Assembly (NCBI GenBank): GCA_030390025.1
Contig: CM059432.1
Coordinates: forward strand, 4,340,001 to 4,404,000
Source: Squalus acanthias
Lineage: Eukaryota
DNA length: 64,000 nucleotides
Direction of reading: 5' to 3'
The notes under the pieces are model-generated. The model made no database searches. It was not told where the DNA came from and was given only the letters and a program-made list of their open reading frames with translations. A program made the position numbers and the translations under genes. Shown one piece after another: positions 10,989-23,850 of this stretch. Within the stretch, counting starts at the first letter, position 1. The number at the start of each line of letters is the position of its first letter.

Positions 10989-11661
10989 GGGCTGGATTTT
11001 CATTGACCCGTGGAGGCGGGTTTGGAGGCATGTGGGGGGTTAAAATTGCGAAAACCGGTGGGCGGGCACAAGCCCGCCTCCATCCCACCTCCACACAATT
11101 TTCATTAAATCGTGTCTGCTGGTCCCGACTCCGTCCCGCCTCCAAGAGGCGGGATAGGCTGTTAAAGCCCTTAACAAGCACTAAATTGCCTCTATAATGC
11201 CATTTTGAAAGGCCTTTGTGATTTTAACACTTTATCTACGTGAAGCACGCCTGTTCTGAACCACGAATGTGAAACCTGGCAGGAGCACATTTGGATGGCT
11301 GGATGGATGGATGGATGACATATCTGGGAGTGGTGGTGGATGGGAGACATATCTGGGAGTGGTGGTGCAAAAATATCTGGGAGCAGACTTAGGGCTGCTG
11401 CTGCTCATTTTGCATCCAGGTCCTCTCACAGCGAAGGCCAGGCAGTCTTTGCAGACCTTCAATGCAGCAGCAATGATGACATCATCAGAGGCGACTTTCA
11501 GACTGAAAACACTAATTGGTTCATGGGTTCCCACATGCTGGAACTCAATTGCCCAATTAGGTGAAAATTGCATCAATCTCCCACATCCAATTGCAGTCGG
11601 GTTGATAACACGAAAAGTGGATGACATGACCCCAACCCGCCCCAGTATCAAAATCCGGCCC
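10989..11661 (+). mobile_element. Non-autonomous Harbinger MITE, family A
   Basis: GGGCTGGATTTT...AAAATCCGGCCC with a perfect 3-bp TSD CAA. Confidence 0.9.
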
Positions 11662-11914
11662 CAAGAATCAAAGCCCACAGTGTTAAATGATCTACTGTCC
11701 AGCTATCACAGTGATGGGGACAGGAAGACTGGAACCTTGAAGTGAGTTGAATGTCTAGTTCTACACGGAGGTTGCACTCTCCATATTCTGGTTACGCACA
11801 GTACCCATTGTTTTCTAAGTGGATTTCAGAAGACAACGCAAACAAAATGTGTTGTCTCAGTATCATGGGTGGGCTAGCCACTAGGAACAAAACTTTGCAC
11901 AGTAACTGTATTCC

Positions 11915-12724
11915 GACGCTCTCCTGGCCGGCCTCCCACCTTCCACTCTCTGTGAACATCAGCTCATCCAACACTCTACTGCCCCGTGTCCTAACTCGCA
12001 CCAAGTCCCGTTCACCCATCGCCCCCTGTGCTCGCTGACCTACATTGGTGCCCGTTCCAACAACGCCTCGATATTAAAATTCTCATCCTTGTTTTCAAAT
12101 CCCTCCACGGCCTCGCACCTCCCTATCTCTGCAACCTCATCCAGCCCTAAAGCCCTCCGAGGGGGCATAGTTTCAGAATAAGGGGTCTCCCATTTAAAAC
12201 GGAAATGAGGAGGAATTTCTTCTCTCAGAGCGTCGTGAATCTTTGGAATTCTCTTCTCCAGAGAGCTGTGGAGGCTGGGTCATTGAATATATTCAAGGTG
12301 GAGATAGACAGATTTTTGAATGATAAGGGAGTCGCGGGTTATGGAGAGCGGGCAGGGAAGTGGAGTTGAGGCCAAGATCAGATCAGCCATGATCTTATTG
12401 AATGGCGGAGCAGGCTCGAGGGGCCGAATGGCCGACTCCTGCTCCTACGTCTTATCTTCTATGTTCTTATGAGATCTATGCGCTCCTCCAATTCTGGCCT
12501 CTTGCGCATTCCATGGTTTCCATCACTCCACCATTGGCGGCCGTGCCTTCAGCCACCTCGGCCCTAAGCTCTGGAATTCCCTCCCTGAACCTCTCCGCCT
12601 CTCTACCTCTCTCTCCCTTTAAGACGCTCCTTAAAACCTACCTGTTTGACGCCTGTGAAGTGCCTTGGGATGTTTTACGATGTTAAAGGCACTATATAAA
12701 TGCAAGTTGTTGTTGCTTTGTTGT
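11915..12724 (+). mobile_element. L2 3' part interrupted by a CR1 3' end (~12161-12470)
   Basis: L2 ORF remnant (..PVLADLHW..KIL..), a (TTG)n tail at 12706-12724, and CR1 RRNFFSQ sequence in the middle. Confidence 0.85.
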
Positions 12725-12758
12725 ACCTGGGACATCGGCATGAATCCCAGGAGAGTTT

Positions 12759-13382
12759 GGGGGGAAAATTCGGTTGCTTTGCGCCTCCCGTTAGCACCCT
12801 AAGAGGGCGCTAACGGGGCGCAAAGCAACTAGCGCCCGGGTGCAGCGCCGTCAGTACCTCCCGCAAAATTCAGCGAGAGGTTAGCAGCGGCGGTAACCGT
12901 TAGCGCCCCGCACTATGTCCAATGGGGTCAGGGGGGGGCCTACCTGCGGCCGGGACGGCACAAATTAAAGGGGAGGTGGCGGGCGGCCATTTTTGTTGCT
13001 GGCTGCCTGCCAGCACCTGCCCCCGTTGCCGTCCCCGGCCCCCGTGAAGCCCCCCCCCCAATGCGGGGTGCCGGCTGCTCTCCGTGAGCCCAGCACTCCT
13101 CTTGAGTGCCGGGCTCGTTTGCCAACACTCCCGATCCCTGGTGGCCCAGCCGGGCGCCGTAACGCGCTACGCAAGGCCCCTCCCCTTTATGAAGGGGAGG
13201 ACGGCCTGCAGTACTGCGGCACCTAGCGCCATGATATTCCCTCGCAGCGCCCCAAGAGGGAGGCGGGGCACTTCCAGTAGTGCCCCACTTCCCTCTTGGG
13301 GTGCTACCACTCAATTTTGGCCACGGGGGCGCTAATTTATTCAGGGCGCTAGAAGTAGCGCCCCGGCGAAGTTAGCACCCCC
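12759..13382 (+). mobile_element. GC-rich Harbinger-type non-autonomous element, family B (right end truncated)
   Basis: Starts GGGGGGAAAATTCGGTTG and is rich in TAGCGCC motifs. Homologous to 15842-18212, 40280-40690 and one end of 43579-44472. Confidence 0.7.
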
Positions 13383-13745
13383 TTTATATTAACTGAAATA
13401 ACATTCAAAACTCAAGTTTGTAACAAATATCAATCAATTGAAGAAGAAGGATAGGAATCGGGACACCCCTTCCCAAATTTCCCTTCCCTTTAAGTGGATA
13501 TTTTCTCTCAAGTTTATTAAACCTAAGAATTACACAGCAGGAATCTAGATTGAAACGTGACCAATCTCCAAGGGCTGACTGACGATGCATAAAATGAGTT
13601 AATGTTTGGGCAAGTGTTGTGCATTGTACATGTACAAATCTCCAGCACTTACACCATACGAGCACGTGTTAGCAGTGGCGAACCTCATCTGCTGCCAGCG
13701 CAGATCAGAAGACGCCAACATACACATTATTTTCCAAAATAGTTA

Positions 13746-14560
13746 TCAGCCTATAGTGGCTCAGTGGGTAGAACTCTCTGAGTCGAGAAAGCAACTTCAG
13801 AGCAAAATCTAGAGCAGAGAAGGTTAAGGGGAGATTTGATAGAGGTGTGCAAAACCTTGAAGGTTCGTGATAGAGTAGATAAGGAGAAACTGTTTCCAGT
13901 GGTAGGAGGGTCGGTAACCAGAGGACACAGATTGAAGGTAATTGGCAAAAGAACAAGAGGCGATGCGAGGAACAATGTTTTTATGCTCGGGAATGCGCTG
14001 CCTGAAAGGGCGGTGGAAGCAGATTCAATAGTTACTTTCAAAAGGGAATCGGATAAATACATGAAAAGAAAAAATTTGCAGGGCTACGGGGAAGAAGCAG
14101 GGGGGAGTAGGATTAATTGGAGAGCTCGGCCACAGGCGCGATGGGCTCAATGGCTTCCTTCTGTGCTGTGTGATTCTATGTTTCTATGACACTCCCAGTG
14201 CAGTGCTGAGGGAGCGCTGCACTGTCGGAGCTGCCGTCTTTCGGATGAGACGGTAAACCGAGGCCCCGTCTGCCCCCTCAGGTGGAGGTAAAAGATCCCA
14301 CGGCCACTATTTCGAAGAAGAGCAGGGGAGTTCTCCCCGGTGTCCTGGCCAATATTTATCCCTCAATCAACATCACTAAAACAGATTATCTGGTCATTAT
14401 CACATTGCTGTTTGTGGGAGCTTGCTGTGTATAAATTGGCTGCCGCGTTTCCCACATTACAACAGTGACTCCACTTCAAAAAAGTACTTCATTGGCTGTG
14501 CAGCGCTTTGGGACGTCCGGAGGTCGTGAAAGGCGCTGTAGAAATGAAACTTCTTTCTTT
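13746..14560 (+). mobile_element. DeuSINE interrupted by a CR1 3' fragment (~13810-14187)
   Basis: Degenerate tRNA head, CR1 ORF 13836-14189, then the Deu core and tail. Confidence 0.8.
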
Positions 14561-14931
14561 AATAAAGTTATGAAACTAAATGGAAGTTATTAAGATTGCT
14601 TCTAAGAACTAACAAGACATTGAATTTAAGAACTGATGTTGTACTCCCCTCCCCTCCCCTTTATCACTGCCTTGTATTTAAGGAACTAATTGATCGATGC
14701 TGTTACAGCACAGAATGGTTGACTACCTCACACAGACCATCTGTTAGTCCAGTAACACCATCGTGAGAGGAATAAGAAAAAGCTGGAAATTCGAGATAAA
14801 AAAGACAGAAAATGCTGGCATTACACAGTAGTTTTATCCATTTTTTAAAAAAAAGGGGGAAAATGGATAAATATTTTGGGGATAGGCCCAAGGTGCTATG
14901 CTAGGTTTGATCCAATTATTTTGCTTTTTAC

Positions 14932-15192
14932 ATACATTACATAGGATTACACAGGATATACGGTTCAGAAACAGGCCATTCGGCCCAACCAGTCCATGCC
15001 AGCGTTTATGCTCCACTCGAGCCTCCTCCTGTCTTTCCTCATCTAAATCTATCAGCATAACCCTCTATTCCCTTCTCCCTCATATGCTTATCCAGCTTCC
15101 CTTTAATTGCGTCCATACTATTCCCCTCAACCACTCCCTGTGGTAGCGAGATCCACATTCTCACCACTCTCTGGGTAAAGAAGTTTCTCCTG
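14932..15192 (-). mobile_element. CR1 3' end
   Basis: Same 3'UTR type as 4708-5020. Confidence 0.75.
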
Positions 15193-16140
15193 ATACCGAT
15201 GGACCTGCTCCCAGCACGTTCTGCTTCTCACTTTCTGAATTTAATTGAGGACGAATCAATGGGACTATCCCTCTGTAGTCATTATTCATTGCACTTGCTC
15301 CTTTGAAGTTTGGTTCTAGTCTGAAAAGTCAAGTGCTATTTTTTCCCTCTCCTCCGTGATCATGTATTATCTCCTTGGCTAATTGGGGGCATTAATTAAA
15401 GGAGTGAAATTGTTCCTTATCATCAGATTCGGCAGGTAGCTAACCATGGGGGTGGGGGTGGGGGGACTGAGGCCTCACCTTCCCCCTCGTCACAGGTCCC
15501 GGGACCCCCGTCAGAAGGCCGTTCCTGGTAGTGCGTCAGTTTTGAATTCAGGGTAGACCAGATCAGCATTGCCGTTCACCTCTTCCTATCTCTCCGTTGG
15601 ATACACTCTTGCTGTGCAGAAGCCAACCGAGCCTGTCGAAAAGCACCGCTGGGGCTGGACTTGGCTTTAGGTGATAAAACAGCACAGATATAATTAGGCT
15701 CATCTGTCACTGCTCATTAGTGCGTGCTTGAAAAGTTTGAGGTTCAAATCCAGGCCAGCAAGATTTTGTTGGCTGCCAAACACATTACATGTGCTGATAA
15801 TTCCTGTTTCTCTGTAATCGCACTATTTTATAAACCAAATCAGGGAGAAATTGGGTTGATTTGCGCTTCTCATTAGCGCCACCTGCGGGGGGGGGGGGCG
15901 CAAATCCCCTAGCGCCCGGGCGCGGCACCGCTAACGCCTCACGTGAAATTTAGCGGGAGGTTAATGGCGGCGGCAGCCGGTAGTGCCCCGCTGCGCTGCG
16001 CCGCCGGCAATGACATCATTGCCGTGGGCAGCGCCCCGGCTGCAAACTTCAGCTGCGTCTCCTGACCTATCGCTGGACGATGTGTCCGCCAGGGTCAGGG
16101 GGGCGTTTTTGCAGCTGCGGCGGCGCAAGTAAAAGGGCAA

Positions 16141-17767
16141 TCGTGTCCGTAATCGTCACCATCTTCAAGAAAGGTGACAAGTCCGATTGCGGTAATTACA
16201 GAGGAGTCTCCCTGCTGTCTGCCACAGGGAAAGTAATCGCAAGAATCCTCCTCAATCGCCTTCTCCCAGTGGCCGAAGAGCTCCTCCCAGAGTCGCAATG
16301 CTGATTCCGCCCACTAAGGGGCACAATGGACATGATCTTCACCGCACGTCAATTACAAGAGAAATGCAGGGAACAGCACCAACCGCTGTACATGGCCTTC
16401 TTTGATCTCACAAAGGCCTTTGACACTGTCAACCGTGAGGGATTATGGAGCGTCCTCCTCAAATTTGGCTGCCCTCAAAAGTTTGTCACCATCCTCTGCC
16501 TGCTTCACGACGCCATGCAAGCCGTGATCCTGACCAACGGTTCCACCACAGACCCAATTCACGTACGAACCGGGGTCAAGCAAGGCTGTGTCATCGCACC
16601 AACGCTCTTCTCGATCTTCCTTGCTGCAATGCTCCATCTCACCCCCAGTAAGCTCCACGCTGGAGTGGAGCTAATCTACAGAACAAATGGGAAACTGTTC
16701 AACCTCCATTGCCTCCAGTCCAGATCCAAGGTCGTTCCATCCTCTGTCGTTGAATTACAGTATGCAGACGACGCTTGCGTCTGCGCTCGCTCGGAGGTCG
16801 AACTCCAAACCACCGTCTACACCTTCACCGAAGCGTACGAGAGCATGGGCCTCACACTAAACATCCGTAAGACAAAGGTCCTCTACCAACCTGCTCCCGC
16901 CACACAGTACTGCCCCCCGATTATCAAAATCCACGACAAGGCCTTGGACAACATGGACCAATTTCGATACCTCGGGAGCCTACTGTCAACAAGGGCAGAC
17001 ATCGATGACGAAGTCCAACACCGCCTTCAGTGTGCCAGTGCAGCCTTCGATCGCCTGAGGAAGAGATTGTTTGAAGACCAGGACCTCAAACCCGGCACCA
17101 AGTTCATGGTCTACAGAGCAGCAGTGATACCTGCCCTGCTGTATGCTTCAGAGACATGGACCATGTACAGCAGGCACCTCAAAGCACTGGGGAGGTACCA
17201 CCAACGCTGCCTCCGCAAGATCCTGCAAATCCATTGGCAGGATAGGCACACCAACGTCAGTGTTCTCGCTCAGGCTAACATCCCCAGCATGGAAGCTTTG
17301 ACCACGCTCGATCAGCTCCGATGGACAGGCCACATCGTCCGCATGCCCGATACGAGACTCCCAAAACAAACGCTCTACTCGGAGCTCCGACACAGCAAGA
17401 GAGCCCCAGGTGGGCAGAGGAAAAGTGTCAAGGACACCCTCAAAGCCTCCTTGAAAAAGTGCAACATCCCCACCGACACCTGGGAATCCCTGGCCCAAGA
17501 CCGCTCAAAGTGGAGGAGAAGCAGCCGGGAAGGCGCCAAACACCTCGAGTCTCTTCGCCGGGAGCAAGCGGAAGCCAAGCGCAAACAGCGGAAGGAGCGC
17601 ATGTCAACCCAAGCACCCCGCCCACCCGCCCCTTCAACCACCGTCTGCCCCACCTGTGACAGAGACTGTAGATCCCGCATTGGACTCATCAGTCACCTGA
17701 GAGCTCAATTTTAGTGTGGAAGCAAGTCATCCTCGGTTCCGAGGGACTGCCTAAGAAGATGAAGAAG
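16141..17767 (+). mobile_element. 5'-truncated RTE-clade LINE, young
   Basis: RT ORF, short 3'UTR, (GAA)n tail and perfect 10-bp TSD AAAAGGGCAA (16131-16140 and 17768-17777). Confidence 0.95.
16149..17714 (+). pseudogene. RTE reverse transcriptase ORF (endonuclease missing, one in-frame stop at 16302-16304)
   Basis: IFKKGDKSDCGNYRGVSLL, DLTKAFD, GVKQGCVIAPTLF, YADD, and a C-terminal CPTC...H zinc-finger-like motif. Confidence 0.93.
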
Positions 17768-18277
17768 AAAAGGGCAAGGGTCGGGTGGCCATTTATTTTT
17801 GGCCGACTGCCAGCACCTGCCCCCTTCCCCTTTTTTCCTCGGGGTGCCGGCTGCGATCGCTCAGCCCGGCGCTCCTCTTGAGTGCCGGGCTGTTTTCACG
17901 GCACCCCGCTCTCCGGTGGTCCAGCAGGGCCCCGGTGCGTGCTGCGCTAGGCCCCTCCCCTTTAACCAGGGGAGGGAGGGCTGCAATGACGCGGTGCTAC
18001 ATGCCGGCCCACGTGACGCTGTTACACGTAGTGCCGCGATATTCAGTTGTAGCGCCTCGGAAAGGAGGTGGAGCGCTTCCAGTAGCGCCCTGCCTCCTGC
18101 TTGGGGCTCTACAACTGAATTTCAGGCGGAGAGCGCTAATTTTTTCAGGGCGCTAAAATTAGCGCATCGGCGACATTAGCGCCCCAAAAGGGGCGACACT
18201 CAATTTTCACCCTCTGAATTTGAAGAATTAAGTGGAAATAGAAACTGTAGAAGTTTGCAGTATGGAAGAAAACCATT

Positions 18278-18662
18278 CTTTTTTTTTATTAGTTTATGGG
18301 ATGTGGGCGTCGCTGGCGAGGCCAGCATTTATTGCCCATCCCTAATCGCCCTTGAGAAGGTGGTGGTGAGCCGCCGCCTTGAACCGCTGCAGTCCGTGTG
18401 GTGAAGGTGCTCCCACAGTGCTGTTAGGGAGGGAGTTCCAGGATTTTGACCCAGCGACGATGAAGGATCGGCGATATACTTCCAAGTCAGGATGGTGTGT
18501 GTGACTTGGAGGGGAACTTGGAGGTGGTGGTGTTGCCATGCGCCTGCTGCCCTTGTCCTTCTAGGTGGAAGAGGTCGCGGGTTTGGGAGGTGCTGCCGAA
18601 GAAGCCTTGGCGAGTTGCTGCAGTGCATCTTGTGGATGGTGCACACTGCAGCCACGGTGCGC
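18278..18662 (-). mobile_element. 3' fragment of a CR1-group (Zenon-like, tentative) LINE
   Basis: Reads RRSFIVAGSKSWNSLP...RFKAAAHHHLLKG, with a poly(A) tail seen as poly-T at 18278. Confidence 0.8.
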
Positions 18663-18972
18663 TGGTCCCATGTGCCTGTGCCAGCTCTTTGCGAGAGCAT
18701 TTCCAAATCTAATCCCACTGCCCTCTTCTCTCTGCCCATCGCGTTGTATTTTCCTCTGCTTCGAGGGGTTGAATTCCCCCGTGGGACCGCCCACTCATCC
18801 ACTGTAACTTAGATGGAAGATCCACAGGAACCTTTTAGCTCCAGTGATCTGCCCATCGAGTCCCGCGAGCCCTCGTTTACATGTATTATATTGAGGACCT
18901 GTGGCACCACAGCTACTAGTCTATCCCTTAACCAACGTCACTAAAACAGATTACCCGTTCATCATTTATCTC

Positions 18973-19438
18973 AGTGTCGGCTGTGGCTCAGTGGGTCGCA
19001 CTCTCACCTCTGAGTCAGAAGGTTTTGGGTTCGAGTCCCACTCCAGAGACTTGAGCACAAAAATCTAAGCTAACACTCCCAGTGCAGTACTGAGGGAGTG
19101 CCGCACTGTCAGAGCTGCCGTCTTTCGGATGAGACATTAAACCGCGGCCCTGTCTGCCCTCTCAGGTGGATGTAAAAGATCCCATGGCACTATTTTGAAG
19201 AAGAGCAGGGGAGTTCTCCCCGGTGTCCTGGCCAATATTTATCCCTCAACCGACATCACTAAAAAACAGATGATCTGGCCATTATCACATTGCTGTTTGT
19301 GGGAGCTTGCTGTGCGCAAACTGGCTGCCGCGTTTCCTACATTACAACAGTGACTACATGCCAAAAAGTCTGTAAAGCGCTTTGGGACGTCCAGTGGTCG
19401 TGAAAGGCGCTATAGAAATGCAAGTCTTTCTTTCTTTC
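18973..19438 (+). mobile_element. Full-length DeuSINE (SacSINE1-like)
   Basis: A box TGGCTCAGTGG, B box GGTTCGAGTCCC, Deu core and (CTTT)n tail. Confidence 0.9.
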
Positions 19439-20004
19439 ATTGCTGTTTGGTCGCTCTGTCGATTTGCATGATTTCCTATATAACCTTCGCTGGATCTGAC
19501 AAGGTATAATGGGGAAGACAGAAGCACGCAGCCTGGAGCAGCTGGTTGACCGTCACTAAAACAGATTATCTGGTCATTTATCTTATCCGAGGTCATGAAA
19601 GGTTGCTCTTTAAATGCAAGTTCCTTCTTACTTCTCTCCTCGTGCTGCACTCACAAAGCACGCTGGCTAACTGAGTCACAAGACCAAGCTGCTGGCAACA
19701 CCGGCTGAGACAGGCACAGGCGGGCAGCTTTTCGAGACGGACGAGTGTGGAGAATTTCATTTGCAATTTCTGCTGCTGTGAATCAATTTTGCAGCGATTT
19801 TTTTTTCTTCCCCCTTGCCATTCCGCCTGTATACACAAACGGACCTCTCACTGCTTCCGGCAGAGTAACATCACCGGCAGATCTTTTGTGACCCCCTCCC
19901 CCTATCTACACTGAGGAAATCTCAGGAGCAGGTATGGCATTCCCTGCGGAACTCCCTTGCGTGCCGTTATCATGGAGGAGGAAGTGTAACAGTACAGAAG
20001 AGTC

Positions 20005-20480
20005 TGTGTCAGCCGTGGCTCAGTGGGTCACTCTCGCACCTCTGAGTCAGAAGGTCGTGAGTTCAAGTCCCACTCCAGAGACTTGAGCACAATAAAGCTA
20101 GGCTGACACTCCAGTGCGGTGCTGAGGGAGCGCTGCACTGTCGGAGGTGCTGTCTTTTGGATGAGACGTTAAACCGAGGCCCCGTCTGCTCTCTCTCAGG
20201 TAGATGTAAAAGATCCCACGGCACTATTTCGAAGAAGAGCAGGGGAGTTCTCCCCGGTGTCCTGGGGCCAATATTTATCCCTCAATCAACATCACTAAAA
20301 CAGATTATCTGGTCATTTATCACATTGCTGTTTGTGGGAGCTTGCTGTGCGCAAATTGGCTGCTGCGTTTCCTACATTACAACAGTGACTACACTTCAAA
20401 AAGTACTTCACTGGCTGTAAAACGCTTTGAGACGTCCGGTGGTCGTGAAAGGCGCTGGAGAAATGCAAGTCTTTCTTTTC
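20005..20480 (+). mobile_element. Full-length DeuSINE (SacSINE1-like)
   Basis: Same structure as 18973-19438. Confidence 0.9.
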
Positions 20481-20482
20481 CA

Positions 20483-20660
20483 GTCCCACACCAATGTGGT
20501 TGACTCTAAATTGCCCTCTAAAGTGACCTAGCAAATCACTCAGTTGTTTCCAACTGTTGCCGGCAGTTCAAGAAGAAGCCCCACCACCACCTTCTCAGGG
20601 TAACTAGGAATTGGCAACACATGCTGGCTTTGCCAGTGGCACCCACATCTCAGGAAAGGA
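20483..20660 (+). mobile_element. 3' fragment of the second tRNA-SINE family
   Basis: Matches the 3' half of 36459-36876 (aatgtggttgactct...ccaccaccttctc). Confidence 0.6.
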
Positions 20661-20689
20661 TAAAGTTCCCATGAAAGTAAATAACCTTA

Positions 20690-21242
20690 AAATTCAGGGG
20701 AGATGTCAGGAAGCACTTCTTCACACAAGGGATAGTGGCAATCTCTCCCCCAAAATGCTGCTGAGGCTGGGGGTCAATTGAAAATTTCAAAAACTGAGAT
20801 TGATAGATTTTTGTTGGGTAAGGGAATTAAGAGTTACGGAAACCAAGGTGGGCAGATGGAGTTAAGATACAGATCAGCTCATGATCCAATTGAATGGCAG
20901 AACAGGCTCATGAGAACATAAGCATTAGGAGCAGGAGTTGGCCATTCGGCCCCTCGAGCCTGCTCCACCATTCAATAAGATCATGGCTGATCCTCGACCT
21001 CAACTCCACTTTCCCAACCAATCCCCTCGATTCCCCTAGAGTCCAAAAATCTATCGATCTCAGCCTTGAATATACTCAACGATTCAGCATCCACAGCCCT
21101 CTGGGGCAGGGAATTCCAAAGAATCACAACCCTCTGAGTGAAGAAATTCCTCCTCCTCTCGGTCTTAAATGGCCGACCCCTTATCCTGAGACTGTGATCC
21201 CTCGAGGGGCTGAATGGCCTGCTCCTGTTCCTATGTTCCTAT
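20690..21242 (+). mobile_element. CR1 3' end with an opposite-strand CR1 3' end nested (~20910-21200)
   Basis: The 3'UTR is split at caggctc|gaggggctgaatggcc. Confidence 0.8.
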
Positions 21243-22261
21243 GCTCCAATGGCAGGGTTACCACTAAAACATTAACAACCTATCTTTCTCTCGGTGAATT
21301 TTCTGCTTTTGTTTCAGATTTCCAGCCCCTCTCTAAGGCAACTGCCTTCAAGTGTAGGAGCTTTGATTTAGTTCCGCAGGAGACACCCCACCTGAAAACG
21401 ATGCGGGACAAGTGTGAGACTAATGTCAATCTAACAAAATATCAACCTTTTACGGAGGGAGAGATTGGCCACCTTTGACACACTCAGATAAAATGGGTCC
21501 ATGGAGGTTGCCTTCATTTGAATACAATGCACAAACATCTAATTCAGAACTCTCTGTCGAATTAGTGCTCGTAATGAATTAACATGAGTGTTTTGTTTTA
21601 ATTGGATAGACTAAATTATAAAAAATTTCCATCATTATTTGCTACGGTTCGTTGTATTTTAAATTAGCCTCATTTTATGTGAGGGGACTATATTTTTTGT
21701 ACTGCGTTGCGGGAAATGATTGTCGAGCTCACTCAAGCTTCTTTGCTCGATGATGTGACTGGCTGGGGATTATTTTTCCAACGAAATGACGATGGTCCGG
21801 AACTTGCGATCCTGATGGCGGCGAACGGGCAGCGTGCGCCATCATTTCGCGCCCTAACGCGGAAATCCTGAAGCTGTGGTCAGTCATTCACTGCTCTGAC
21901 ACCGGCTGCGCTGTGCCTCCCCCCACACCCCCTCGCCCTCCCTCACCCCCAGAGCCGACAATCATTGTAGTCACTGATCTGCCAAAAACTTCCCCTTTTC
22001 CGAACAAATATCGCTGTTAGAAACCCCATAAAAAGTTTGACCATTTCAAATGAGGTGTAACTGGGTTTTTAACGAGGCTCTGAGTAATAACTACTGATAC
22101 ACAACCGTTCTGGCCTTGAAAAATGAATTTTATATTGGTGGAATGTCAAATTTCTCCATTAAGTTAAAAATTATTAGATTTTTATAATGAATACATTATT
22201 TTTTATTTTATTTTCAAAGTTTGTTCATGATATTTCAGCTTCGACCTTAACCCAATGTGTA

Positions 22262-23418
22262 TTTTTTTTTATTCGTCCCTGGGATGTGGGCATCACTGGC
22301 AAGACCAGCATTTATTGCCCATCCCTAGTTGCCCCTTGAGAAGGTGGTGGTGAGTCACCTTCTTGAACCGCTGCAGTCCGTGTGGTGAAGGTACTCCCAC
22401 AGTGCTGTTAGGGAGAGTGTTCCAGGATTTTGACCCAGCGACGATGAAGGAACGGCGATATATTTCCAAGTCAGGATGGTGTGTGACTTGGAGGGGAACT
22501 TGGAGGTGGTGGTGTTCCCATGCGCCTGCTGCCCTTGTCCTTCTAGGTGGTAGAGGTCGCAGGTTTGGGAGGTGCTGCCGAAGAAGTCTTGGCGAGTTGC
22601 TGCAGTGCATCTTGTAGATGGTACACACTGCAGCCACGGTGCGCCAGTGGTGGAGGGAGTGAATATTTAAGGTGGCGGATGGGGTGCCAATCAAGCGGGC
22701 TGCTTTGTCCTGGATGGTGTCGAACTTCTTGAGTGTTGTTGGATCTGCACTCATCCAGGCCAGGTATTCTGTGGCAAGTGTCTCACCTCCTGACTCCCCA
22801 AAGCCTTTCCACCATCTACAAGGCACAAGTAAGGAGTGTGATGGAATACTCTCCACTCGCCTGGATGAGTGCTGCTCCAACAACACTCAAGAAGCTCGAC
22901 ACCAGCCAGGACAAAGCAGCCCGCTTGATTGGCACCCCATCCACCACCTTAAACATCCACTCCCTCCACCACCGGCGTACCGTGGCTGCAGTGTGTACCA
23001 TCTACAAGATGCACTGCAGCAACTCGCCAAGGCTTCTTCGGCAGCACCTCCCAAACCCACGACCTCTTCCACCAAGAAGGACAAGGGCAGCAGGCGCATG
23101 GGAACACCACCACCTCCAAGTTCCCTTCTGAGTCAAACACCATCCTGACTTGGAAATATATCGCCGATCCTTCATCGTCGCTGGGTCAAAATCCTGGAAC
23201 TCCCTCCCTAACAGCACTGTGGGAGTACCTTCACCACACGGACTGCAGCGGTTCAAGAAGGCGGCTCACCACCACCTTCTCGAGGGGCAATTAGGGATGG
23301 GCAATAAATGCTGGCCTTGCCAGTGACGCCCACATCCCATAAAGGAATTTAAAAAAAAAATCACACTCCTGACTTGTGCCTTATAGATGGTGGAAAGGCT
23401 TTGGGGAGTTAGGAGGTG
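22262..23418. mobile_element. Zenon-like LINE (-) interrupted by a copy of the same family (+, ~22760-23360)
   Basis: ORFs 22293-22886(-) and 22733-23131(+) encode the same peptide. The minus copy resumes at 23361. Confidence 0.88.
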
Positions 23419-23519
23419 CCTTTCCTCCTTTTCCATTCCATTCCACTCTGGACATACAATTCACTTCTCTCATTGCTGTGGTAAGACTTCAAAATCTCCC
23501 CCTTCAATTACACTCATTA

Positions 23520-23850
23520 TGCCGTCTTTCGGATGAGACGTTAAACTGAGGCCACGTCTGCCCTCTCAAATGGAAGTAAAAGATCCCATGGCACTATTTC
23601 GAAGAAGAGCAGGGGAGTTCTCCCCGGTGTCCTGGGCAATATTTATCCCTCAACCAACATCACCAGAACAAATTATTTGGTCTTTTTCACATTGCAGTTT
23701 GTGGGAACTTGCTGTGCGCAAGTTGACTAACAGGTTTCCTACATTACAACAGTGACTCCACTTCAAAAAGTACTTTGTTGGCTGTGAAGCGCTTTGGGAC
23801 ATCCTGAGGTCATGGAAGGCGCTGTAGAAATGCGAGTCTGTCTTCTTTCA
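23520..23850 (+). mobile_element. 5'-truncated DeuSINE
   Basis: Deu core and tail. Confidence 0.85.

Larger units (their letters stand above)
15842..18212 (+). mobile_element. Family B Harbinger-type element hosting an RTE insertion
   Basis: Ends GGGAGAAATTG and CAATTTTCACCC. The halves on either side of the RTE match 12759-13382. Confidence 0.7.

Noticed and set aside
11232..11745. ORFs recurring at three loci (IGSWVPTCWNSIAQLGEN)
   Set aside because: The similarity reflects MITE copies, and start and stop positions are not conserved.
12940..13335. GC/CpG-rich stretch as a CpG-island promoter (also 17780-18200, 40100-40680, 44150-44470)
   Set aside because: These are copies of a GC-rich DNA element family.
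18973..19050. tRNA gene
   Set aside because: The A/B boxes are the head of a SINE that continues into the Deu domain, and no complete cloverleaf is evident.
21794..22260. Another Harbinger-like non-autonomous element, possibly continuing at 23420-24150
   Set aside because: Only one TIR-like end is visible, with no TSD or clear second copy, so it was not called.
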